Virus record (IMG/VR): IMGVR_UViG_3300044272_001923
Location: 1-29,891 of that record
Source: a virus
Lineage: Duplodnaviria > Caudoviricetes
Reading direction: 5' to 3' (one strand)
DNA: 29,891 bases
Of the stretch, positions 10,411 through 20,300 are shown piece after piece. The position numbers and the translations under genes were made by a program. Positions within the stretch are counted from its first letter, which is position 1. Each line of letters begins with the position of its first letter. A model generated the notes under the pieces. That model saw only the letters and a program-made list of their open reading frames with translations, had not been told where the DNA came from and made no database searches.

Positions 10411-13400
10411 ATGCCGGAAATAAAGAATAATTTCATTCAAGGTAAAATGAATAAAGACCTTGATGATAGACTATTACCTAACGGTCAGTATAGAGATGGA
10501 GTTAATATTAAAGTATCTAAGTCAGATAGTTCAGACGTAGGTTCAGTACAAAATATTAAAGGCAATGATTATGAATATAACTCAAGTGACGCATTATCTT
10601 TAAGCAGCACTGATACTATTGGTCATTATGTTGATAATCTTACAGGTGATGTTTTTTGGTTTACTACAGATTTTACAGGAATTACAACTGATGATCCTAC
10701 GCAAATAAGCGGTAGATATGCTACTGGGTCTAATAATTGTAGAATATATTATAAAAAAATTGGCGCATCAGGTGCTCCAACTGCTATAATTGATAGTTTT
10801 AGATTAAACTTTTCAAAAAAACATCCTATATTACATATAAATAAAATTGATGATTTATTATTTTGGACTGATAATTATAATCAACCAAGAAAAATAAATA
10901 TAACAGATGCAATAGCAGGTGAATATACAAATGATGCGTATTTAGAAGATAAAATTAGTGTTGCACAATATTCTCCGCCAACTGCACCTAAAGTTAGAAT
11001 GTCATATGATTCATCTATTAAAAGTAAACATATAGAAGATAAGTTTGTTAAATTTGCTTATAGATTTCAATATGACAATAATGAGTATTCAGTAATATCT
11101 CCCTTTACACAAACATGCTTTCATCCCGGAAAAGACAAGGCTTTTAATTTTGGTGTTATGAGCGATACCGCTAAAGCAGGTACTTTAACTGCTGCGCAGC
11201 AAACAGAAGCTATAGAACAAACAACTGTTGAAATGGTTCAAAATTTAGCAAATGTTGTTGATTTGTTTATTGATTTACCTTCTAATAATGATAAAGATAA
11301 TCATGCCGCTTGTAATGTAAATCAAGCTGGCGGCGCCAGTGGCTCAAGCCCTTATAATATTGATACGGTTAATGGAACTATAGCCGACGGTAATACTGTT
11401 GTAACAGAAAGAGGTGATAATTATATTGCGGCTATTGGATCTGATTCTGGAGATGGAAATGGAAAAGCAACTTTAGGAACTACTGTTGCTATTGATGCTA
11501 AAATACCTTTATTAGATAATCAACGTTTATATTTCTTTTCAAGTATAACAGCTTATGCAAATAATTTAAATATTAAAAAAATACAAATATTATATAGCGA
11601 AGCTGGAAGCTTAGCTTTAAAAGTTGTAGATACAATTGATTTTGAAAAACAAGTTTTAAGTCCAACAGATTCAAGTATTAATAATATAATATATAGGGCA
11701 GAGCCATTAGCAGATAATAACGCTAAACTTATTTATGGTTTTAAATATACATATAATTCAACAAAACCTATACAAACTTTACCATCATCTGAATTATTAA
11801 GAATAAGTGATATAATACCAGTAAAAGCAAAAACACAAGAAGTTAGTGGTAATAGGGTTATATATGGAAACTTTTGGCAAAACAGAGATGTTACTGGTTT
11901 AGATCCAGATCAATTTAGTATTACAAGTGGTGATCAAACTAATTTTAATCCTCAATATTTACTTTCTTCTGTTAAATCAAATAGAGAATATTCTGTAGGT
12001 ATTGTTTTATCAGATAGATACGGTAGAATGTCTCCTGTAATCACGCCTACAGATAATACTGAATTTTTAGACCCTAAAAGTGGCAGTGTTGCTTCATGGG
12101 CACATTATGCTTTAAAATTAGATTTTACAGGAAAAATTGGTGACGCATATGCGGCTGATACAAATCCATTAGGTTGGTACTCATATAGAGTTGTAGTAAA
12201 ACAGGCTGAACAAGAATATTATAATGTATTTGCTCCAACACTTCTTGATAATATACCGTCAGATGAAAAAAGAACCTGGCTTGTATTATCTGGTGATAAT
12301 ATAAATAAAGTACCTAGGGATGTAACTGATATAAATACAGAAGACGGCACACAAGGTTCACAAACTAGTTTATTACCTAAAGTATTAGATACTAATGGTA
12401 CACAATCTCAACAAAATGGAACAGATTATATTGATATAATATCTATAGGTACAAAAAATGAACACGGTATTGGCACAACTATAGGTGATTTTTATTTAAA
12501 TGATAAAAATCCATTGTTAGCGGAGCTGCCTGACGGTCATGGTAGAAATCATGTTTCTGGTACTGAATTTGATAATTTAATTGTTTTAGAAACAAAACCT
12601 GTTTCTACCGCATTGGATTTATATTATGAAACATCAACAGCTGGATTAATTTCACATTTAAATGAGCAAATAGACTCAGGATTAACCGGTTCTGTTCCTA
12701 ACGCTTTAGCTTTAAGCGCAAATACTGTTGCTGAAAGTGCTGCTTCGGGAACTAAGGTTGCTGATTTAACAACTACAGATTCAAGCGGTTCAACTATTAG
12801 TACACCAACATATTCAATAGTTTCAATTGTTGATGGTAACGGTAGCAACAGAGCTGGTGCCTTTGTAATCGACGGAGAAGATTTAGATACAGGAGAAACT
12901 TTTGAATTTAAAAATAATAATGAAGATACTTATACTGTAACAATAAAATCTACAAAGGGTAGTAATTCACAAAATTTTGCAAAAACAGTTACAATAACAA
13001 ATGTTGCGCCTACACAAACCGTAGGATCAACTGTAAGTGTAGCGGCATCAACACCTACAGATACACAAATTAGATTTATAACAGCTGTAAACGGTAGTGC
13101 TAAAACAAGCGCAAATGCAAACGGATTAACTTTTTCAATACAATCTGGCAATACTGATAATGATTTTACAATTGATTCATCTACAGGATCAATAAAAATA
13201 GCAAATGCTTTAACTTCAGGAGATTCATATACATTAGCAATAAGAACAACAGATGTTGGAGGTTTGCAAGATAATGATAATTTAGTAGTAAACGTTACTG
13301 CATCAAACTTTACAAGTTTTTATTTATCTGAGGGTGATTCTAGTGCAACTGATGCCTGTAATAGAGCTGTGGGTACATTAAGATACCATAATGGCACTGA

Positions 13401-13581
13401 TACAACTCCATCAGAAGGAAATACTGTTTATACAGATGCACAAGGAACAACAGTTCTTAATGGAGGCGGCCAAACATTTGCATGGGCACCCGGTGGTGGT
13501 GCACATAATGGTAGCGGAACATCATTTTTTGCTACTATAAGCGCATCAGGTATAGTAGGATCAGTTACTTTATGTAGTTAA
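10411..13581 (+). CDS. Tail stabilization/nozzle-like protein (N-terminal part) with C-terminal cadherin-like domains
   Basis: 1056 aa; starts NNFIQGKMNKDLDDRLLPNGQYRD, has LLFWTDNYNQPRKINI, FAYRFQY, GNRVIYGN, YSVGIVLSDRYGR as recalled for crAss-like stabilization proteins; last ~290 aa are two cadherin/Ig-like repeats plus a small Cys-flanked domain. Confidence 0.7.
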   Translation: MPEIKNNFIQGKMNKDLDDRLLPNGQYRDGVNIKVSKSDSSDVGSVQNIKGNDYEYNSSDALSLSSTDTIGHYVDNLTGDVFWFTTDFTGITTDDPTQISGRYATGSNNCRIYYKKIGASGAPTAIIDSFRLNFSKKHPILHINKIDDLLFWTDNYNQPRKINITDAIAGEYTNDAYLEDKISVAQYSPPTAPKVRMSYDSSIKSKHIEDKFVKFAYRFQYDNNEYSVISPFTQTCFHPGKDKAFNFGVMSDTAKAGTLTAAQQTEAIEQTTVEMVQNLANVVDLFIDLPSNNDKDNHAACNVNQAGGASGSSPYNIDTVNGTIADGNTVVTERGDNYIAAIGSDSGDGNGKATLGTTVAIDAKIPLLDNQRLYFFSSITAYANNLNIKKIQILYSEAGSLALKVVDTIDFEKQVLSPTDSSINNIIYRAEPLADNNAKLIYGFKYTYNSTKPIQTLPSSELLRISDIIPVKAKTQEVSGNRVIYGNFWQNRDVTGLDPDQFSITSGDQTNFNPQYLLSSVKSNREYSVGIVLSDRYGRMSPVITPTDNTEFLDPKSGSVASWAHYALKLDFTGKIGDAYAADTNPLGWYSYRVVVKQAEQEYYNVFAPTLLDNIPSDEKRTWLVLSGDNINKVPRDVTDINTEDGTQGSQTSLLPKVLDTNGTQSQQNGTDYIDIISIGTKNEHGIGTTIGDFYLNDKNPLLAELPDGHGRNHVSGTEFDNLIVLETKPVSTALDLYYETSTAGLISHLNEQIDSGLTGSVPNALALSANTVAESAASGTKVADLTTTDSSGSTISTPTYSIVSIVDGNGSNRAGAFVIDGEDLDTGETFEFKNNNEDTYTVTIKSTKGSNSQNFAKTVTITNVAPTQTVGSTVSVAASTPTDTQIRFITAVNGSAKTSANANGLTFSIQSGNTDNDFTIDSSTGSIKIANALTSGDSYTLAIRTTDVGGLQDNDNLVVNVTASNFTSFYLSEGDSSATDACNRAVGTLRYHNGTDTTPSEGNTVYTDAQGTTVLNGGGQTFAWAPGGGAHNGSGTSFFATISASGIVGSVTLCS

Positions 13582-13602
13582 TAAAACATGTAATAATTAA
13601 TT

Positions 13603-14853
13603 ATGGGATATTCTATAGACATACAGTTCTTTAATACCTTTATTATAAGGTCTGCAAATTCCGCTCTTCATTTTGAAGAATCGAGAATAAAAGGCGGATT
13701 TAATGAGCCGTTTGTTGCTATTGGTCCAAAAGCCCACATTGTGGATGAAAATTTTGCAGGTCAAAGAAGAAGTAATGCTTTAATATATTCTGGCATATAT
13801 AATTCTAGAACAGATGTTAATAGAACAAATGTATTTAGTGCTGCAGAACCAATAACAAGAGCTTTAGATCCAGCAAATGGGCCTATACAAAAGCTACATG
13901 CTGAAGATACCAATTTAAATATATTACAAAATGACAAAGTAAGTTATGCGTTAATTGATAAAGATGCATTGTTTACGGCTGAAGGCGGACAATTAACTGC
14001 TTCTGGTGCAGCTGTTATAGGGCAAATAGTACCTTATCAAGGAAAGTATGGTACACAACATCCTGAAAGTTTTGCTTTTAAAGGTATAAGAAAATATTTT
14101 GTAGATAAAAATAGAGCAGCTGTTTTAAGATTATCTAGAGATGGTATTACTGAAATATCAAATTATGGTATGCGTGATTGGTTTAGAGATAATTTAAATT
14201 TAGTAACTTCTGATTATCCTGATGATAAAGCTGTTGGCTTTTATGATGATCATGATGACCAATATGTGGTATCTTTACAAGGATTAGCAGGTGGCACTGA
14301 ATATTATACTTTATCGTTTGACGATAGTGTAAACGGATGGGTAAGTTTTTATGATTATAGACCAGATTTTGGTTTTAGTCATAATAAAAAGTTTTTTACT
14401 TTAAATAGTAATAATTTATATGAACATTATAAATTAGATAGTAGCCGTAATACATTTTATGGAACTGGAAACGCATCATATATTACATTTATTGCAAATG
14501 CAGAGCCTTCAATGGTTAAAAACTTTTTAGCCATAGATTACGAAGGAAGTTCATATTGGGCAATGGAATCAGCTAAATCTGAAGATGGAATAAGAAATGA
14601 AGTTCAAAAAGCTTATAAAATTGATAACGCAGAACTTAGCTTAACTGGTGATATATTAAATCAATTTAAAAAGAAGGAAGATAAATACTATTCTCATATA
14701 AAAAATAATACAGGCGTTGTAAAAAACGGTGTTGTTGGTTTAGATACAGCTGGAATAGCAGGGCTATTTTCTGTAGTTCAAATGAGTAATGGATATACTG
14801 GAGGTGAACAAGAATTATTTAGTGTATCTCACAATATAACAAAATCAAGTTAA
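13603..14853 (+). CDS. Tail stabilization/nozzle-like protein (C-terminal beta-propeller part)
   Basis: 416 aa; LDPANGPIQKL, YGTQHPESFA, YFVDKNRAAVLRLSRDGITEIS, TLSFDDSVNGWVSFYDY segments resemble the C-terminal half of crAss-like stabilization proteins. Confidence 0.65.
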   Translation: MGYSIDIQFFNTFIIRSANSALHFEESRIKGGFNEPFVAIGPKAHIVDENFAGQRRSNALIYSGIYNSRTDVNRTNVFSAAEPITRALDPANGPIQKLHAEDTNLNILQNDKVSYALIDKDALFTAEGGQLTASGAAVIGQIVPYQGKYGTQHPESFAFKGIRKYFVDKNRAAVLRLSRDGITEISNYGMRDWFRDNLNLVTSDYPDDKAVGFYDDHDDQYVVSLQGLAGGTEYYTLSFDDSVNGWVSFYDYRPDFGFSHNKKFFTLNSNNLYEHYKLDSSRNTFYGTGNASYITFIANAEPSMVKNFLAIDYEGSSYWAMESAKSEDGIRNEVQKAYKIDNAELSLTGDILNQFKKKEDKYYSHIKNNTGVVKNGVVGLDTAGIAGLFSVVQMSNGYTGGEQELFSVSHNITKSS

Positions 14854-15249
14854 ATGAAATTAAATATACGCAGACTCGAAGAGTCAGACTATGAAACATT
14901 AGTTAAATGGTGGGAAGGTTGGAAATGGCCTGCTTTACCAAAAACTTTTTTGCCAGATACCGGCTTTATAGTTGAAAAAAACAAAATAGGTATAGTAGCG
15001 TGTTACGTTTATATGACTAATTCTAAGGCTGCTTTACTTGAATGGGTTATATCTAATCCAGAATACAGAGAAAGTGACAGAAAAGACGCGATAACGCTCT
15101 TAATTCAAGCCGTAGAGCATGTTTTAGCTCAACAAGGAATAAAACATATATTTACAATAGGTAGAAACAAACATTTAATAAATGTGCATAAAAAATTAGG
15201 ATGGGATGTTGATAAAAAACCATCATACGAAATAATAAAAAATTTATAA
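14854..15249 (+). CDS. GNAT-fold (acetyltransferase-like) virion assembly protein
   Basis: 131 aa; NIRRLEESDY start, WVISNPEYR motif A-like segment, HKKLGW end; position between nozzle and ejection genes as for T7 gp13-like genes. Confidence 0.65.
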   Translation: MKLNIRRLEESDYETLVKWWEGWKWPALPKTFLPDTGFIVEKNKIGIVACYVYMTNSKAALLEWVISNPEYRESDRKDAITLLIQAVEHVLAQQGIKHIFTIGRNKHLINVHKKLGWDVDKKPSYEIIKNL

Positions 15250-15252
15250 ACA

Positions 15253-15831
15253 ATGGCAATATTTAGTGCAATAAATGCGGGTAAAGCTAGGAAAGCTCAG
15301 GGTAAAGCACAGGATAAAATTGATAATTTTAAATATCAAGATATAATAAATCCATATGAAGGTGTAACAGACTTGAGTGGCATGGTTACTAATCCTTTTG
15401 CTAATTTACAAGTTGCAACAGGAGCTGCTGAATTTCAAGCTGAGCAAGCAGATATATCTTTAGCAAATACTCTAGATACATTAAGGGCAACAGGTGCGGG
15501 CGCAGGTGGTGCTACAGCACTAGCTCAGGCGGCAGTACAAAGTAAAAGAGGTATTGCAAATACAATACAACAACAAGAAGCTCAAAATGCAATGGCAAGA
15601 GCACAAGGTGAACAAGCGGCTCAAGCTCAAAGAATAGCTCAAAAACAAAGAGTTGAACAAGCTGATATATTAGGTAAAACATTCAAATTCCAAGCACAAG
15701 AGTCAAGAGATATTGCTAAGCTATCAAGAAATGCTGCAATGGTTCAACAATATGGGCAACAAAGAATGGACGCGTTAGGAGGAATGGGAGCAAATACAGC
15801 GTCAGCTCTAGGCTCTTTCTTTATGGGATAA
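15253..15831 (+). CDS. Putative small ejection/internal virion protein
   Basis: 192 aa, Ala/Gln/Gly-rich helical protein with ATGAGAGGATALAQAA and a hydrophobic Gly-rich C-terminus; first of three size-ascending genes. Confidence 0.6.
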   Translation: MAIFSAINAGKARKAQGKAQDKIDNFKYQDIINPYEGVTDLSGMVTNPFANLQVATGAAEFQAEQADISLANTLDTLRATGAGAGGATALAQAAVQSKRGIANTIQQQEAQNAMARAQGEQAAQAQRIAQKQRVEQADILGKTFKFQAQESRDIAKLSRNAAMVQQYGQQRMDALGGMGANTASALGSFFMG

Positions 15832-15843
15832 AATTATAAAAAT

Positions 15844-17367
15844 ATGGCATTACCAATAGTTACATACGGAAAATACAATTACGGACAATATGCTAATCCT
15901 ACACCTATAAAATATAAAGGTGGTTTTGGAGAAGCATTAACGGGTGGTATTGCAGCTGTTGCTGCATCTGAAAGAAAGAAAAAAGCACAATTTAAAGAAG
16001 CTCAAGAAACTAGTTTAATGATGAGTATGCAATTTAATTCTCAATTAAATCAAGCTTTTGGAAAAGCTGCTGCTAATAATAGACAATTTTTAAGAGAACT
16101 AAAACAAGAATATGGTGATACTGTAAAATCATATAAATTAGGTAATTTAGGATTTGACGCATACGAAGAAAAAATGACTTATTATCAAAATATATTAGAT
16201 CAATCTATGCAGCTTGCTAGTATTATGAAACCTATTATAGAAAGCGACACTGATGTTACTTTTGATATGGCTAGAAGCGACGCCGATAATCAAGCAGCTG
16301 TTTTAGCTAGATATGGCGTTAGAAACGGTAAATATATTTTAGAAAGAGATGAAAATGGATTAAGAGTTGTAGTACCTCACGGGCCTGGCGCTTCAAAAAT
16401 GGAGCCTAGATCTATTTCCGCTGCTGAGCTTATTACAAATGTTAAATATATTAATCCAGAAATGAAGTATGATAACAGGAAAAATAAAAAATATGGTGAT
16501 ATGTTAACTTTAGTTGCAGGTAATTTAAAAACTAAAGATGCTTTCTTAACGTCTAGAATAGAAAAAGATTTAGGTATAAAAGTATTTAATTTAGATGCTA
16601 ATGCACAAGAAGCTATTGTAAGCGAAATAGCAAAAAGAGATGATTTATTAAATATATTTAATGATAATGATGAAAAAAGAATTTATTTTGAAGATGAAAT
16701 TGGAGGGACATATGCTGGTACAGAAGAACAAAATAATGCTATAAAATTAAGTTTAGCTAATAACATATATAGTTCGTTACTTAATAAAGATATACATGCT
16801 GTGAAACATGTTCCTGAATCTGCGTCAATTATTGATCCTAGAACTGGATTGCCTATGGATAAAAGTGATATGACCGCTTATAAAAAAGAATTATTACTTA
16901 ACCAAGAGCAACAAAAATATTTAGATCAAAATAAACTTTCAATATATCAAGCTTCTTTTGGAAATGTTTTAGAAAAAACTAAAGGATCTAGAGGGGCAAC
17001 GTCAGAAAGATTTGGTAAAGGTCTTAAAAAGAAATTAGATGCAATACCAGGATTAGAAACGGATTTCAGACCTTTTGGTGATGGTGTGACTGCTGGATCT
17101 ATTGAAATTAAAGCGTCTACTGAGCATAGGCAAAAATATGGTATAGGTAAAGATAAAGTATACATAACTCCTGGAATGAGTGAACAAGAAATTAATGACG
17201 CTATATATTTTGCATTAGGATTTAATAAGGCACAGTCTGAACGAGCACAAGGTGATGTTAAATTAAGGTTTGGAATTGATAATCCCACGGTATTTAATCC
17301 ATCATTAATTGAAAATTTTAATCAAGACGGCACAATAAAAGATCTTAGAGGTCTAAAAACTAAATAA
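15844..17367 (+). CDS. Putative middle ejection/internal virion protein
   Basis: 507 aa; N-terminal GFGEALTGGIAAVAA followed by helical region; positional inference. Confidence 0.5.
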   Translation: MALPIVTYGKYNYGQYANPTPIKYKGGFGEALTGGIAAVAASERKKKAQFKEAQETSLMMSMQFNSQLNQAFGKAAANNRQFLRELKQEYGDTVKSYKLGNLGFDAYEEKMTYYQNILDQSMQLASIMKPIIESDTDVTFDMARSDADNQAAVLARYGVRNGKYILERDENGLRVVVPHGPGASKMEPRSISAAELITNVKYINPEMKYDNRKNKKYGDMLTLVAGNLKTKDAFLTSRIEKDLGIKVFNLDANAQEAIVSEIAKRDDLLNIFNDNDEKRIYFEDEIGGTYAGTEEQNNAIKLSLANNIYSSLLNKDIHAVKHVPESASIIDPRTGLPMDKSDMTAYKKELLLNQEQQKYLDQNKLSIYQASFGNVLEKTKGSRGATSERFGKGLKKKLDAIPGLETDFRPFGDGVTAGSIEIKASTEHRQKYGIGKDKVYITPGMSEQEINDAIYFALGFNKAQSERAQGDVKLRFGIDNPTVFNPSLIENFNQDGTIKDLRGLKTK

Positions 17368-17369
17368 AT

Positions 17370-20300
17370 ATGTTTGAGTATCAAGGTGTTTTATATACTT
17401 ACCGCGATTTGAACAATCATGCAAAAGCGCAGGGTACTACTATAGAAAATCTTTTAAAACTTAATCCTGAAATTAAAGAAAGAAAAGAGTTATTAAACTT
17501 TGATAAAAGAGGGCTTTTAGATTTTACAGAAAATAGTTTATTAGAACAAGGAATTTTAATTCCAGATGACGTAGATACTTCATCAGAATTACAATCAATA
17601 GAACGAGGTAAAGTAAAACCTATACCAGCTCCTGGTTATGTTGGAACTTTTACAGATTATCAAGATTTTACTAAAAAAATTGTTAGAAGACCAAAAAAAG
17701 CTGTTGAAAATTTAACTTTTGATCAAAAAAAAGCTTATGATAAATATAAAAAAATATATAATGAAGCTTTATGGTCTGAAAGATTATTAGACGCTAAAGA
17801 AATTTCTAAAGAATTAAGTAAAACAGATGCTGACATGCTAGCAAATAGCTTTCTATCGTTTAGCAACCAGTTATCCGATTTTGTTCCTAATACAGCTATT
17901 AGTATTTTAGGGTTAACAAATACTTTATTTGGAGTAGGAGAAGAAAACTTAATAAAATTATCAGAAGAACAAATTATAGAACAAGCTGAAAGAGGACGAA
18001 CAGGAAGTTTGGTTAAAGGTTTTAAAGAAGGTAAACCATTAGAATTATTAGGCGGCACAATAAATGCAATTGGCTCTTTAGGGGCATCTGTAATAACAAA
18101 TAGAGTAACTGGAGGTGTTGGTATATATACAGATTTTATTGGAAGAGGATTTACAACAGTAAATAAAGCTAGAGCTGATAAATTAGGTATAAGTATATCT
18201 GAATTAATTGAAACAGATCAAGAGGATTATTTAGGAACTTTAATAACTTCTGGGTTAATGGGTGTTATGGAAAGATTTGGTCTTGGTATGATTGATGACG
18301 CTATAAGTAAGTCTACTAAAGCTGGTTTTTTTCAATCATTAATGTATAGATTATCTGCTGGAACGGCTGAAGGAATTACAGAGCTTGGACAAACTGGCAT
18401 GGAAAATGTTCAAGTAGGTATAGGACAGAAAAAAGATGCTAAAGGATTAGGATCAGATTTTATTAATGGCATGTTTAGTGAAGAAGGACTAGAAAGTTTT
18501 TTACAAGGATTTGTAGGAGGAGGAATAATTACCGCGGCGGGTGCACCTAAACAACAAGATATAGGTTTGGTTGCAGCACTTGGCTCATTAGCCGCTGGTG
18601 GTGGTGATGGATTTATTTTAGCTGGAGGTTTATCTCCTCTTGTTGCAGCAAGCGCAGGCAGAAGATTAAAAGGTGAAGCGGCAAGAAAAAGAGAAGAACA
18701 GTTGTTTAAAGAAATGCACGAGCTAAAAAATAAGCTTTTAAAAGCAAATGATCCTAAAAGTAAAAAAAGACTTCAGAAGGCTTATGAAAATAAAAAACAA
18801 GAATTAACAGATTTTACAAAAAATCAAAATGTACTTATAAATCAAACTGAAGAATCCGATTTAAAAGATATTGCTTCAATACAATTAAATTTTACACAAC
18901 AATCTGCAGAATTACAAGAAAAAAGAAATAATAATGAAATTAGTCAGTCGGAGTATGATGTTCAAAGACAGTTATTGAAACAAGAATATGAAGCTAATTA
19001 TAAAAAATTAAATAATAAAATATCCGACGTTTCACAAAAAAATCAAAATATATCACAAAAAAATGATGATCTTATAAAAATTATAAAAGATCCAAATGCT
19101 ACCCCAGCAGCAATTGAAAAAGCTAAAAATGATTTAGTTGAAAACAATAAAGGATTTATTGAAAAACTTATAAAAAGTACATTCAATCCTACATTAAAGA
19201 GTGGATTATCAGAACAAGACTATAGAGCAGCAATAAATTTAGAATTTGCAAAGATTATAAACTCTTACAAAATAAAAGAAAATGTACCGTTTGGTGCATA
19301 CTTACAACAAACTTTGCCTAAAAGATTACCAGCTATATTTGATTTAGCAATTGAAACAAATGAACAGGGTGAATTTATTGTAAAAACAGATGTAACTGAA
19401 TCTGATAATATAATAGGTGATAAAGGTATTAATATAAATACAAAATCTAATAATAATCTTGCAAATAATATAATAGGTATTACAGGTTTAAATAAAGAAG
19501 AAAGTAATACTAAAGGTAAAGAAATATTAAGTGGTAAACTTCCAGGTGTAACAGAAAAAGTAAAAGGTGATCAAAACCCATTTTTAACAGCTATAGAAAA
19601 AGCTGCTGAAGGTAAGTTTTTTCAAGCTATAATGGATGCAATGGGTGGTAATTTTAAACAAAACCCTGATGCTCTAAGTGAATATGTTACATTTTTAGAA
19701 ACTAATATTGCAGACATAAAAGCTGTTATTGAGGAAGCTGGTAATAAAGATTACAATAGGTATAAAAATAAAATGCTTAAAGGCTTGTATAAAGGTAAGA
19801 AAAAACCTGGAGCCGCAGGTAGAGCTAAAATGGGAGAAGGGGGTACAGCTGTTGGTGAAGGAAGATATGACTATCAAACGCCTACCGATGCAGAAATTAT
19901 TTCATACTTTAGTGAAGGCAATTTAACTACTGTTGTTGAAAGAAAAAAAACATTATCAAAAATATTATCTCATTCTGTTGGTAAACAAGCAGTAGCTCAA
20001 GCGATTAAAGATCCTGCTGTTGCTGAAAAATTTAAAGGTATACAAGAGCTATTAGGCAAAGAAGTTCCTGCTAATGTTGAATCACAAGTAATAACTAGAT
20101 TAGATAGAGTAATTAAAACACTTGAAGACGCGAAGCCGGACCCTAATGTTTTAAGAGCTGATTTTGGAGCTGGAGCTATTATAAATTTAGGTAGACAATC
20201 TTTATTAGGGTTTTTAAAATCAATAAGACAAATTTTAAAAGCTGGTGCAAATTTTAATAAAGCAAAATCTCAATCAATAAAAATTGCTGCAAAAGATTTA

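Noticed and set aside
19031-19070. Short repeat TCACAAAAAAAT x2 (SQKN twice)
   Set aside because: Two copies in an A-rich coiled-coil coding region; not an array or regulatory repeat.
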